Assembly: GCA_951406725.2 (NCBI GenBank)
Contig: OX597816.1
Span: 119,288,001-119,352,000 of the forward strand
DNA length: 64,000 nucleotides
Origin: Octopus vulgaris
Lineage: Eukaryota
Direction of reading: 5' to 3'
Positions 29,690 through 44,672 of the stretch are shown in pieces. Each line of letters opens with the position of its first letter. The first letter of the stretch is position 1. The notes under the pieces were generated by a model. That model was not told where the DNA came from and did not search any database. It saw only the letters and a program-made list of their open reading frames with translations. The position numbers were made by a program, and so were the translations under genes.

Positions 29690-30315
29690 AGTGTGTGTGT
29701 GTAGCTTTATATTAGTAGTATTGAGATCTGATTGATTAAAGCTTCTAAAACAAGGTATACTGGCTCATATCCAGATGTGGTGGAGATTCGCCATTCCATA
29801 ATTAACACGAACTTTTATTTTCTGCTCAATTTAACTATCGAAATATTTGTGTAAGTCATTAAAAGAGGAGTAATGTAATTTCAACATAGATTATTGATTG
29901 AATGAATGTTAAAGTAATAAAAAACGCTAATGACAGATAGACGGATTAATAAATACGCTGAGTATACCTTAAGTATTGAAAACTGATTTACTGAATACGA
30001 GATGAGTCAAAGAAAGTGTCTTCTAAGTGAAGGTTAGAAGTAGTAACCAAATGTTCTTTAAATCGCAACCTATTATCTTAAAGAAGGTAAGGCACCATAG
30101 ATAATGTAGGTCTAGATATACTATGTTTGAAAAGTAAAACATGGTTTCGTCACGGCAGGAATGCCTTTGATCAAATATCAGCTGATTCAATACTAGGCGA
30201 AACAACAACTGAATCTGAATTTTATAAATAAGTAAATTAATCTAGAAGGTTGTTGACTCACATGCATATGCACATACATGCACACACACATATATGCACA
30301 AAATATGCATGCATT

Positions 30316-30358
<43 letters not shown>

Positions 30359-30557
30359 TAAAAAGGGGGTTGTATGATAGTGTATAGTCCCTTAATATTT
30401 TTTATTCAATATTTCATCTATTCAATAAGACAATCAATACTTCATCTCATTTTACTATATATACTAATTTATACTATATATTCCATATTCTACATTAATA
30501 TTATAAAGAATGTAAATAAAACATAAAAAAACAGACAGAGTTGGAATTCCTTTGAAT

Positions 30558-30601
<44 letters not shown>

Positions 30602-30606
30602 TGAAT

Positions 30607-30652
<46 letters not shown>

Positions 30653-30654
<2 letters not shown>

Positions 30655-30889
30655 GGAGTAAACACATAAATGTGAAACAAGGTGGAAAAAAAGAGTACTC
30701 AAATACCAGTGGTAGAGTAATATGCTTTATTTAAAGCAGCAGAAAATTCAACAAAATCTGTTACTCAGAGTTTCTCGTTGCCGTTCATCAGACAGTTTTT
30801 GTTAGATTCTAACAAAAACTGTCTGATGAACGGCAACGAGAAACTCTGAGTAACAGATTTTGTTGAATTTTCTGCTGCTTTAAATAAAG
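30653..30889. mobile_element. Penelope-like pseudo-LTR remnant with perfect fold-back (82-bp arms, 1-nt loop)
   Basis: 30725-30806 is the exact reverse complement of 30808-30889. The minus-strand copy continues into AATAAAGCATATTACTCT...GTATTTGAGTAC to 30653. Flanked by TA/CA microsatellites. Confidence 0.75.
30811..30864 (+). ncRNA. Minimal type I hammerhead motif (mirror copy on the minus strand at 30750-30803)
   Basis: AACAAAA-A-CTGT-CTGATGA-A-CG-GCAA-CG-A-GAAA-CTC-T-GAG-TA^-ACAG-A-TTTTGTT. Core intact, GUA triplet, stem I 4+7 bp, short stem II with an A-A mismatch at its base. Confidence 0.65.
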
Positions 30890-30903
30890 TATATATATGT
30901 TTG

Positions 30904-30973
<70 letters not shown>

Positions 30974-31249
30974 GTATATATATTACACAGATAGTAACAC
31001 TGACGCAACACCTAAAACAGAGACACGAAATAAAAACTGAAATTCTGCTTAACGCTGCAACATTATCGAAATCGGAGCTAGTTCACTGACAGAATTTTAC
31101 ATGAATACTTGAAAAAATCAGGCATTAACCACATCATTGAGAGAGAATCCGAATGTTCTCTAGTTCTTGAGATACTATCTTCCTAAGACGTTTGAAGTTG
31201 TAGCCAGCAAAATATGGAACAGAGCGCGAAAGAAAAGATGGGTTCTATT

Positions 31250-32030
31250 TTTGGGCACAAAACCGACAATATTAAGTCTGTGACATTGACGTAGTGCTTG
31301 ACAGGTACTTTTATCGAACCCAAAAGGATGACAGGCCAATTTGACTTCGGCAAAATTTGATCTCAGAACATAAAAAGCCAGAACAAATACCACAAAGTAT
31401 TTTCGATACTGTAGCAATTCTGCCAGTTCGCCACCTTAGTGAGAGAGGGAAATAAAATGAAAAATGACGGATCAAAAGAGTATTAATGGAAACTAATTAT
31501 AATGTTGCAACCAAATTTAAGGACAACCTCCCTGAAAATTGTTATCTGGCACAAAAGTAATAAAATATGTTCTATTGTAGAATAAGAGAATACAGGGTTA
31601 ACATTTTTATAGAAATTAATATATGTTTGCTTTGTTTTGTTTTTAATGGTTGTTCCCCATGATAGCTATTCTGTAACTGGTTTTCTTAACACAGGATGTC
31701 AAATTATGTCACCGAAAGACAAAGAACTGTAACTCCGAAATCATCATTATCATTATCACCATCATCATTATCATCACCACCACCACCACGATCACCATCA
31801 TTGTCGTTATCATCATTCTCCACATCGTAGTTGTCATCTTCAGCATATTTGTCAAATGCTTAGCGGCATTTCTTCCGACTTCACGTTCTAAGTTCAAATG
31901 CCACCGGGATCGACTTTAACTTTCATCTTTTGGGGGTTGATAAATAAGTACCAGTTGAAAACTGGGGTCGATGTATTCGACTTACCCGCCTCCCCTAAGT
32001 TGCTGGCCTTGTGCCAAAATTTGAAACCAG
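31250..32030. mobile_element. Two SINE family B copies (minus at about 31250-31440, plus at about 31850-32030)
   Basis: Core family-B motifs in both copies, separated by unrelated sequence. Confidence 0.7.
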
Positions 32031-32936
32031 TATTTCTTCTAGTTGTTATTATCATTAACATGTTTAAATAAATCAGGTTAGACATGAGCTGACTTCCTAA
32101 AATACAGGCATTACAATTTGAGATTCAAACCAATAATATTGTTAATACTATTATAAACTTACCGGAACCATTGAAATACTGTGTTAAAATACATATAGTT
32201 TGTTTGTGAGTCAATCCTTAAAATATAATTGAAATCTTTACAATTGTTTCTCATCTATCATCCGTGATACTTCCAGACAATGCATGTAAATTACCAATAT
32301 GATTTCTCTTTATCGAACAAAGGAAAGTAACACACAACACATTAAGTTGGTGGTACATGCATTTCATAACAGTTACTTTCAGTTTAACTCAGCACCATAT
32401 TGCTTTCGTGTGCTTAGGACAAGTCCACCTCATCAGATTTTCGATGTAAGAGTAGAATGAGTCTAAAAGAAACTCAAATGGCTTCTATGTGGTTTCTGGG
32501 TATTAGAGCCGAAATACCTTGAAGCTATTTAGAATTTTGAAGAGCATGACCAAAACAGAACACATTATTCTGAAGAGTCTTAAGGAAATGACACAATCAT
32601 CCAGTAAAAGTAAATTTTAATCAAATAAAAGCTCTGTCACTTTGTACTGATGACTCCTGCTGAGGCAGAAACACGTATTCACGACTGACCTGTTATCGCC
32701 AGACACTAAGCATGTCCTTTTCCTTAATAGCATGTCACCATTGGAGAATTCTTGATTCTTAAGTTTATCCCCATTCTGGTCATAATTGCTATTTGGAAAT
32801 GCTGGACACTTTCTCAGGATGTGGAGATAATTTTTGTAAATCTGAATTTTATGTTGTATGGCATTTCATATATCAGTATTTGTTAATGTTGTTCAATACA
32901 AGTCATGTATTACTTTAAGCTCATTTTTGTCTGCTT

Positions 32937-32991
<55 letters not shown>

Positions 32992-33121
32992 TAGAAAATG
33001 GCGAATGATGTGTGCGACAAACGACGACTAACGAGAAGCATAACAAACAGGCATGGATTAACCCATTTCATCAGCATCTTTCAATCCAGAAGCATTACGT
33101 TTTCGGCGCCAGTGGTATATA

Positions 33122-33196
<75 letters not shown>

Positions 33197-33791
33197 ACGT
33201 ATGCATGTATTCGTGTGTATATATGTATGTGCGTGAAGACGACATAGCGTATATTTTTATTTATCCAATATTTTTCCTACACAATATTGCAATATTTAAA
33301 GTTTCTATCTCTTTGCCTCTGATTTAACCAACTGTAATGGTTTCAGTCTTTTCTTAAATTATGCCCTAAATATCCAGCATATTGTCGTTGTCGTCATTGT
33401 AGTGATCACCATTAGCCATCAGTCTGAGGTGTACTGGAGTGTTAAAGAAAACAAAACCAAAATCTATAAGTACTTTTACCAACACCGCCACAAAAACACC
33501 AACAATATTGACCATCTATAACAACGAGAGATTATGAATCTACTTTACTGTCAGTCATTAGTAAAGAACAGACAAATGTAAAAAGTCAAGCGGTTGGATA
33601 GATAGATAGATAGAGAGAGAGGGGGGGAGAGGGAGAGGAAACAATGTATTCTGAAGCTCATGGATGGTGAAATGGCACGTGAGTGTTGGTGACCGGAGAG
33701 CTATTAATGGAAGAAAGAGGAAAGAAAGAAATAATAAAGTCGATACTGAAGTGAAGTCGGTGAAAGAGGATTTGATTGATAGCAAAAGCTG

Positions 33792-33850
<59 letters not shown>

Positions 33851-33993
33851 TATGCATATATATACATACATATACCACACACAAACTCACACACACATAT
33901 ATGCACACGCATATTCATACATGTTTATATGTATTCATATGTACAAACATGTAAGGGAGCGGATGGGTATATAAATATATATATACAGAGAGG

Positions 33994-34034
<41 letters not shown>

Positions 34035-34059
34035 AGAGAGAGAAGCAGCTAATTAGTTG

Positions 34060-34142
<83 letters not shown>

Positions 34143-34235
34143 TGATAGATTGATAGATAGATAGAAGATAGATAGTTCGGGTAAATGAGTGTCGGTGAAG
34201 CTGTCTCATCGGGTGGAGTAGAATGAATGAACGAA

Positions 34236-34278
<43 letters not shown>

Positions 34279-35599
34279 TCATCTTCTTTGGGTCAACGTT
34301 CTGACAACTATAATCTCAAAATAGGTTCGAACTTGCCAAAGGTTGAAGAATGGGTCTACACATAATTGTTTTCCAACATAGCACATAAGCATATTGGATT
34401 GAAGGGTGAAGTGATTCACAACGTCCTTGCATGTATGTATGTATGTATGTATGTATGTATGTATGTATGTATGTATGTATGTATGTATGTATGTATGTAT
34501 GTATGTATGTGTGTGTGTGTATGTATGTATGTATGCATGTATGTATGTATGTATGTATGTATGTATGTATGTATGCATGTATGTATGTATGTATGTATGT
34601 ATGTATGCATGTATGTATGTATGTATACTTTCACAAATACATGCACACACACACATACACACAAACACACAAGCATATAATTATATATATGTATATATTC
34701 CAAAAATATGTATCGCTGTATGCGTGAGAACATAGTGCATGCATGTATATGGACATATATGCGTGAGTACAAGTAAGTATTATATGTGCGTGTGTGTGTG
34801 AGTATGTGTATGTGAGTGTGTGAGTGTATGTGTGTGTGTGTGTATATATGCACAAAGAGATTTATGTCCGTACGTATACACACGCACACACACGCACACT
34901 CGCACACGCACACACACATACACACACATATATTCACGCATGTATTGAATGCCTCTGCACATTTGTAGATTGCTCTTTAGATCAATTAGGTTATCAATCT
35001 TTGGCAAAGTCATTCCAATAAATTGGTGCTGATGGGACATATATCATAGAGGTTGGAGCATTAGCAATGTCTTGAGGCATTTTGACTACCATCACCACCG
35101 CCCCCCACCACCACATACCCACCCCCACCAACCTTTTAGTACCTCCAACTGCAGCTTCAACAACGTCTGTAACAACTGCAACTTTATTGGCAATAACGAC
35201 ATCGTCAATAGCAACTATACAGTCTCTTAGCCTGCTAGAAACAGCAGGCAACTGCGGCTCAAATTAGCCCTTCCTTTGTAATGAGATGAAGAACACACTG
35301 AATAATGCGATCCTCGACATAATGTGTCTGAAAAAGGTAGGATTGTCACTGCTGGAACGTCATTGATCCTGGGTCTGCTCGGTTATATTTGATTTGGTGT
35401 TAAACAATATAAAACTAACGATATGGCAACATCGTGTCTGTAAGTCATTTGGGAGAAGGATTTTTAAAAACATTTTGCCAGTTACTTTTTCACACCCTTG
35501 GTGGCCTTAATTGTTATTGTTTTTAGTCTCAGGTCAAATCCTTCAGATCTGACCTGGGATAAAACAACATCAGAACTGCAGGAACAGTAGCAATATTCC

Positions 35600-36320
35600 C
35601 TAATGATTCTACCAGCTCTCCGCGCTCCCCCGCCTAATAAGGGTTTCTACATCGGCAGAAAGCGAGAGATTTACGCGAGAAAAAAAAACGGTAAAGTTGA
35701 CCTCAGCAGAATTGGAACTTAGAACTAAAGAGCCATCATTAAATGCTAAAAGACATTTTCTCCGACGCTCTATCGATTCTGCCAATACGTCGCCTAAATA
35801 ATTTTTTCTCCTATAGGCACAAGACCTGAAATTTTAGGATGGGCGGGGTCACTTGTCAATTACACTGCCCCCATCTGGTTCTTATTTCATTGGCTTCGAA
35901 AGGACGAAAGGCACAGTCTACCTTGGCAGCATTTGAACTCAGGGCGTAAAGAACCGAAAGAAATGTGCGAAGTATTTTGCCCGGCGTGCTAAGGGTTCTA
36001 CCAGCTCGCCGCTCTCCATCGCGTAATAATTGTTTCTAATTCAAGCAGAAGGTCAGAAATTCTGAGGTGGTGGGATGAAGTTTATCGTTTACGTTCACCT
36101 CATTTATTTGGTATTTTATGTTATGGACCCTTGTTAGGTTGAAAGATAAAGCTGATCTTAGTAAGATATGAACTCAGAATGTAGAAAGCCAAAAGAAATA
36201 TTGTAAACCGATAATGCTCTTTATGTTCTGAGTTCAAATTCCGTCAAATTTGCTTTTATCCTTCCTGTGCCGATAAAATAAAATAACAGTAAAGTATTGG
36301 GGTCGATATGATCCAAACTG
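35600..36320. mobile_element. SINE family B cluster, diverged
   Basis: Minus copies ending CCAGCTCGCCGC at about 36012, and a plus fragment TTCTGAGTTCAAATTCCG at about 36225. Confidence 0.75.
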
Positions 36321-39300
36321 TATGTATAGCCCTGTTCTTCATTTGAAAGCATCGCAGCTTCTTTTGCAACTACAAGTGCTGTTATCGATGTTATTGCTAC
36401 TGCTACTACTTCTCTGGTTGTTCTCACCTTGTCTTAATCTACCAGGAAACACGGTAATTGTAACAACAGCAACATCGAGCAAGAACAAATACAATAACTG
36501 CAATAGAATTCATAGTACCGCTGCCGCCGCCGCCACCATTCCTCTATCACAACGACAGTAACAATAACAACAGCATGAAGCGACATAAGATGAGATTTTG
36601 ATCAATACTGGGTTAAAAAGACTTGAAATTTCTTTTCCTTTCATTCTTTCTTCTTCGTCTTCCAACTCTCATGGAGGTTCTTTTTTTCGTTCTTATTTTT
36701 CTGATAATTGCGTCTTTGAGATGTGAAAACCTTCTGATACAGCCATGTTGTCAGTTGCTACGTGTCTCCTCCATTACATAGACAACAGTCATGTTGACAG
36801 ATTGGTTCCAGTGATAAATCTGATGACTAACCCGAAAATAACATGAACGAAATCGATGAAACGATCCCAAGAAAACAATAAATAAATAAATAGAATAAAT
36901 TCGATTTGATCGAATGTTATCATCGTACCCTACATAACCAAATGTAAACGGTTTACGTTAGAAGATCGATAGTTCGTTTCAGTTCCGACTATAAACTGAG
37001 CTCAGGCGATAATAGCGATGTCATGGCAAACTATAAGAAGTGTTCGGTGATTCCGGTACAGGCATTCCATCTATGAGACTAACAAGAGAAGTCTCTATAC
37101 AGTTGATGAAGCTGCTAGAAATAGAATCTAGATCTACCTCAAATCCCACGCTACGATTTATATGTATTTTAAAGAACACTTTGGAATATATTATGTTTGA
37201 ATAAAAGATAGGTATACAACAACGATATGGTATAGTAACACTAATTGATATATCAGATGTCAGATATCAGATAATATATTCCTAGATACAATGGCAAATT
37301 GGCAGAACTGCTAAAGCATTCAGATATAACATCTTTGCAGTGTTCATTCCAATTTTGTGCGCTTTGAGATCAAATCCCACCGAGGCCAACACTGCCTTTC
37401 ATCCTCTCGAGATTGATAAACAGAATAACAGTTTAGGACAGTGGATTAACAGAATATAAAATGTAAGATCTGAATCCTTGTTATATTTGTTTAGGATGTG
37501 TGCTTTCTGAGTCGAAATCGCACCATCGTAATAAAGATTAAAGGCTTGGGAATCCTTAAACGAATGTCCAAGCATTTTCAGCTGACCTCTGTCTATGTCA
37601 GGACTCTAACAGAAAGGAGAGATTGCAAGGGGTTCTTTCAAGTAAGTGTACTCCAAGAAAAAAGTATATTTCGTCTGAAAAAATGAACAAGCTGACTTGG
37701 TATCAAACAACGGTACATCACATTTTGTTGTATGTTATTTTATTGTGGAGTGCATTGAATGTGTTGGGTTGAAATATCATCTCATATATTTCAGTGAACC
37801 AATAATCTAAGTCAAACCAACTAATGTTTACATGGTCGAGAGACTAGTTAAAAAATTTAGACAAGTCTTTTTCAAATTACTACTAACTCGAAAAGGTAGA
37901 GAAATACATTAGATATAGTAGTCCTATATACTCAATGTCAGAGAAAAAGACAAGTCCGTTTTAGCCAGAAAGTCTTCCGATCATAAATGCTTCGTCAATA
38001 TTAACCTGTGACTAAACAACTACAAACGTAATTGACGTTAAATGAGGAAGAGAAATATTTTCGGTTGCATGGGTTAAAATATGGTGTGTGGTTAAGAAGT
38101 TTACCTCGCAACTATCTGGTTTCCTGTTCGATCTTATTGCACACTACCATAACCTCAGATCGACCGAAACCTGGTGAATAAAATTTGGCTGACAGAAAAT
38201 GTTTCGAAGCTTGTCAGAAGGCCGTTGATGTGTTGGGATAGTGGACTTAATCCGTCGCTGGATGTCATGCCATACCACATCCTGAATCTTGGGTGCCTTT
38301 AATGGAGTCCACCCTGAAGTAAGAATTCGGGTCAAGTCTCCAGCCGGAGGATAAATTTCACCTCATACCCTACCAATTTTGGAAGGTCTGGAAAGGTTCT
38401 CGTATGCTTCTCTTACTCTTCTGATTAAGACAATATTTCAATATGTTGTTGGTAAATTTACCAACTGAAAAATTGAACCCACCCTGTAAACCAACTAAAA
38501 CACAAACTAATGAGAAAGCCTGTATGAGGTCTCTTAGTTGCTAGAAATAATTACCAAACTTCCCTCAAATCACCCTACCATACCTTCTTAAAGAAAAAAA
38601 TAGACACATTAAGAAATGCAGTACGAAATAGCTAGTCCTGCTGTTGAGTGAATAAAGCTATTCTGATGTTCAGTTTCACACTAGTGTCCCCTAATCGTTT
38701 CAGCTTGCATCGTCATTGGATTTGGGACAGGGGTTTCTGACTCACTGGACTCAGGAGTATGTAGGCCAGTCAGTTTGTCCTGTTAATGTTTACCGTATAT
38801 TTCTAACAACTCCTGCTATATCATGGGTGTTTTCATTCCTTTCTTTTTATTCTTTGATCATTTTAATTTATACCCCACTCTTCTTAATCTTTCATTCACT
38901 CATTCATTTATTTCTTATCCCTTCTCTTCTTCTCCTTTGCCTCCAATCTCTCCTCACTCTTGGCAATAATTTATTTATTTTCCTTTTTTGCATTCCTCTT
39001 CTAAGTTATTCCTCCTTCCTTCAATACTTCCTTTCTTTTCTCAATCATTCAGTCATATTCTTACTTTCCTTCCTTTTCTTATTCATTTATCTCCTTTCTT
39101 TTCTAGTTTAATTTTTTCATTTATTTCAAATTTCATTTTTTTGTTATTATTCTTTTGGATTATTTCCGACAACTATTCCTTTCGGCCCTCCTTAATTTTA
39201 TTCCTTTCTTCCATTCATACTTCTACAAGATACTCTCGTTCTTCCCCACATTCATTTATTTATTCATTGATTCTTCCTGGGATTTCAGTTCTAAATATTT

Positions 39301-40075
39301 TTTAAATAGTTTTTTTTCTCCTTCATATTATAACTGTGTTCTTGTTTAGTCGCACGTTGGTCCTGTCGAACAAAACCTATGATCGAAGACAATCCACCTG
39401 AGACCATTTCCACTTTTTCGCGATGCATACGATTGCATTACTTAACATACACACTTAACTTACTAAGGTGTTAGTCTAATGAGATTTGGTTGATATTTCT
39501 TGCAGACTAAGCGGCTACATAAAGCAGAAATTGGTAATTTTCTTTCAAGAATTGTGCCGCATGAGACATGACTCATCATCAGGAGAGCCACACAACGAAA
39601 AAAATTCAAGGTAGGTTTTTTTTGTTTGGCATGTCATTCAGAAAATCGTGCAGGCCACAATTTATCCATGATGGACGTAAAGGTTTCCATTTTAGCTTGT
39701 GCTGTATTTTAATGAAAAAATAAATAAAACTATCAAAGGGAAATAACTCAAATACCAATGGCAAGAATTTGAATAATTAAATTAAAGGGTTGAATATTCC
39801 ATCATCTCTTTCCATATATTTACATTTTAACCGCCCTCACCAACACCATAATTTACCACCATCTTTCTGACCCTTTACATACACACACACACACACACAC
39901 ACTAATACACATGCACACATATTCTCGCTGTCCTTCCTCTCTTCCCCTCTCGGTATTACATATAATCCTTTCCTATTTCTATAAGTCTTCTCATGCTTTT
40001 CAGACTCTTTCCGAATTTCATCCATTATTTCAGAGGGACTTTTTTCTCCTTTTTCTTCTTTTCCTTTGTTTATTT

Positions 40076-40135
<60 letters not shown>

Positions 40136-40260
40136 TTTCTTCATCCGCACTAAACTTCTTTTATTTTTCTATATCTTCATATGTATGAACTCTTTATCTC
40201 TTTTACCTCCTTTCACAGCTCACGCCATCTTTCTTCCTTTCTTACTTTCACTCTCACTGC

Positions 40261-40371
<111 letters not shown>

Positions 40372-40484
40372 GTGTATATGCATATGTATACATTTCTCCT
40401 TATCTCTTCACTGGCAAAATCTCACACTCTCAGTCTCTCTTTCTCTCCCTCTCTCCTCCTCCCTCTCTGCCAATCTATTATTGC

Positions 40485-40539
<55 letters not shown>

Positions 40540-41403
40540 AATCTATTTATCTATCTATCTTATCCATCTTCAGCTTTATTCCCCTTTCCTTATTCCATTC
40601 CATTCAATCAATCGATCCAGTTCTCGGCAATGGCAATAGCAGCGGCAGCAACAGCAGCAGCACGTGTCAACTTAGCGATCATTCATTCAAACTCACCACC
40701 GCCTAATATCCATGCAACTCGGCAAGTCAAAAGTACTGCGATAAGTAGATTTTTATTTGAGAAATTATGTGAATAAATGAATAGAAATGAATTCCGCTAT
40801 TGAAATTTGAATGAATCTGTAAGAGGGTCATCGATTAGATGGCAAATTCTTTGCTAATAGCCAGACCTTTTAGGCTAGAAGATGAGGGCTGATTAACTCG
40901 ATTTCTTTGTGTTCCATTCTGATTTATGCATACTTACGTATACGGTAGTCGTACATTAACATGGCGCATATATTTCTTTGTATATGTGTATATGTTTGTG
41001 TATGCGTGTGTATATGTGTGCTTGTGTATCTGTGTGTGTGTGTGTGTGTGTATAGACACGCATTCTGTCTCCCTCTCTTCATTCTCGCTCCCCTTTTACT
41101 CTCTCTCTCTCTCTCTCTCTCTCCCTGATGTATATATATATATAGAAGAGAGAGAGAGAGAGAGAGAGAAAGAAAGGAAAACGAGAATGGAGAGAAGGAG
41201 AGAGAGAAATGAGATATTTAAATATATATATCTATACATATAAACATGTAGCTTTGTAAATATCAAATATACACACAAATATTACATACAAGCATACACA
41301 GACACACACACAGTCACAAACACGCACATATATTTATATATAGATAGATAAAACGTATATGTATTTGTACATGCACACACGTATACACACATATACATAC
41401 ATG

Positions 41404-41465
<62 letters not shown>

Positions 41466-41917
41466 CAGAGTGAGACAGAGAGAGATGCAGACATGCATAT
41501 ATGTACACATATGCATTCAAAGATAAACATAAATGCATATGTACATATAATTCAAATTTTCATAATAAAAACGTTTTTAGCATATTTACACTGACGCAGA
41601 TTCCTATTTATGAAGGCATGTATACATTTGTACATACATCTTTACAAAGAAACACACACGTGCGTGCGTGTGTGTGTGTATGCATGCATATACATATATA
41701 TATGTTGAATGTACGTGTGTGTGTGTGCGTGGAGGGGTAAATACACATATTGAAAGATATCCATAAGCATATAGATGTATGCATACACGCATTGACACAT
41801 ATATATACGTGTTGCTCGAGCACGTGTTTTACACAATATATCAAATCTATATAGAAATACATGCTGCATAACCACACTAAAAATCTCAACTCAGTGACAC
41901 GCAACTATCTTTGCAAA

Positions 41918-42283
41918 TCTCTCTATATATAAAGCTGAAGTTGTTTGTGTATGGCAGGATTGATAGCCTTCAACTAACACTATTTCCTCCGAGACCCTGC
42001 GGCGCAAGTTGACAAAAATTGAGCGTATGATAAAAGAAGGCTTGCTCTTCATTCCATAGAAGATAAAATTCAAATCGGACCATGTTAAGACCAAAAATTA
42101 TTTACATCAGAAAGGTGCTTTTTTTTTATGAAAATCCCTATTTTTTACGATGTTTTTGCTGCTGTGACGCCATTTTTCGGTGTATTTCAACCAGAAAAAT
42201 GTTCACTTATAGAGAATTCCAATTCTAAAGACTCGAAACAAAAAACCCAACCAAACCCGACCAACGCCGGGCGATACTGCTTG
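41918..42283 (+). mobile_element. Probable non-autonomous Helitron
   Basis: 5' end A|TCTCTCTATATATAAAGCTGAAGTTGT. Subterminal GC hairpin CCCGACCAACGCCGGG (42256-42271) followed by CGATACTG-CTTG|T, a variant of CTRR. No TIR or TSD. Confidence 0.65.
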
Positions 42284-42813
42284 TTTATGCTAATCCTAAC
42301 TTCTAACTTTCTAACCGTTGAAGATTGTTGGACATTTGTTTGAATGCTGGTTTTCGTTGCGTCAGTCACAGCTGTCTTAGATTTCTCTTTGCCTATCACA
42401 GAAAGTTGTTGTTTTTCTTTTATTTATTTATTTATTTTTTTGTTTTGCTGTTATTCTTGCTACTTCTGTTGTTGTGGTGGATTTTGTTGCTGTGGTGGTG
42501 TTTGACGCTGTTCTTGTTATTTGCTGTCCTCAGGTCAGCATAGAACAAGCTGACCTCTGATAGAGGTGGTATGAATATCAGAAGAGCTCCAAACAGCGAA
42601 TTCAGTGACTTTGCAGATTCAACGGCCGTAGCAAACGGTTCTCGTCAATCAGCAACATAAATAAGAGTGCTTCTATGCACCACGAGTCCTTATGGGAGGT
42701 TCTCTCAAGGTAACACAGTACTCTGTGTTCTAACACCACATACACTTTTAAGTTGGAGAAAAAGTTTAGCTTTCGGTATTCATATTCATACTGCTTCTGT
42801 TGCTATTATATAT

Positions 42814-43092
42814 GGGCAAGTGTCTTCTACTAAAGCATTGTAAGTGGATTTGGTAGACGAAAACTAAAAGAAACCCGTCATGTGTATGTGTGTGTTTGTC
42901 CCCCACCATCGCTTGACAACTGATATTGGTGTGTTTACATCACCATGACTTAGCGGTTCGGCAAACCTGGTCGATAGAATAAGTACTAGGATTACAAAGA
43001 ATAAGTCCTGGGGTCGATTTGTTCAACTAAAGACGGTACTTCGGCATGGCCGCAGTCAAATGACTGAAACAAATAGAAGAATAAAAGAAAGA
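42814..43092 (+). mobile_element. SINE family A, 5'-truncated
   Basis: TGGGCAAGTGTCTTCTAC...GATAGAATAAGTACTAGG...GCAGTCAAATGACTGAAAC. Confidence 0.85.
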
Positions 43093-43118
43093 ATATATAT
43101 ATATATATATATATATAT

Positions 43119-43739
<621 letters not shown>

Positions 43740-43741
<2 letters not shown>

Positions 43742-43919
43742 TTATTATATAGAAGGATACAGGACTAGTACTGTTTCATTCAAGAGAAATCTTGAAGATT
43801 TCTCTTGAATGAAACAGTACTAGTCCTGTAGAAGCTCCTTCTATATAATAAATTAATTTTACTCTGCTATGTATTGAGTACCTTACTTACTGTGGTTAAC
43901 CCCGAATCAACCCGGGACC

Positions 43920-43922
<3 letters not shown>
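43740..43922. mobile_element. Short fold-back Penelope-like pseudo-LTR remnant with truncated hammerhead-like motif
   Basis: Perfect 36-bp arms 43758-43793 / 43795-43830, plus 17-bp outer arms after a 5-nt bulge. TTGAAGA-TTTC-TCTT-GAAT-GAAAC-AGTACTA-GTC starts at the fold axis. The tail AATAAA...TTACTCT...GTATTGAGTAC resembles the tail of the 30.7-kb element. Confidence 0.65.
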
Positions 43923-43972
<50 letters not shown>

Positions 43973-43977
<5 letters not shown>

Positions 43978-44672
43978 AATCAAGGAACGGCCATAATAGG
44001 CCATTCACCCACTAGAAATAACAGCCAAAAGCTTTAACCGCAAAATAACGTCAATTCCGTAAACCAGGAGAAAATTAAAAAACATTTACCCTGTAATTTC
44101 TTAGACGATGCACCGTTTCATCTACTGTTTAATGGAAAACTAACCTGATTAAATTAAATCAAGCCAATCTACCATAGGCCCTTAGATTCATCAGTAAGAA
44201 ATAGCCAAGCCGGAACAGATATTTTTCACGAGGCATTCTCGTTGCTACCTCGTCAATATCTGACCTAAAATTTTCAAATCGTCGCACTCGCGCCAAATTT
44301 ATCGGCAGCAAATAAATATAAGCCGCCGATTCCATTACGGAATTAACCAGAAAATTCATAATTAATCAATATAGGGTGGCAAAAAAAAAATTTTGTAGAA
44401 TTCTTTTGCCATCAGCGGCCTAGTGGGAAAAAATTAAATAGTCATAAACCATTTTTAAGTTCAACATCACAATCAAGGAACGGCCATAATAGGCCATTCA
44501 CCCACTAGAAATAACAGCCAAAAGCTTTAACCGCAAAATAACGTCAATTCCGTAAACCAGGAGAAAATTAAAAAACATTTACCCTGTAATTTCTTAGACG
44601 ATGCACCGTTTCATCTACTGTTTAATGGAAAACTAACCTGATTAAATTAAATCAAGCCAATCTACCATAGGC

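Noticed and set aside
32385-32445. Minus-strand CTGATGA...GAAAGCA hammerhead-like string
   Set aside because: The cleavage triplet would be CUG (not NUH), and stems I and II do not pair properly.
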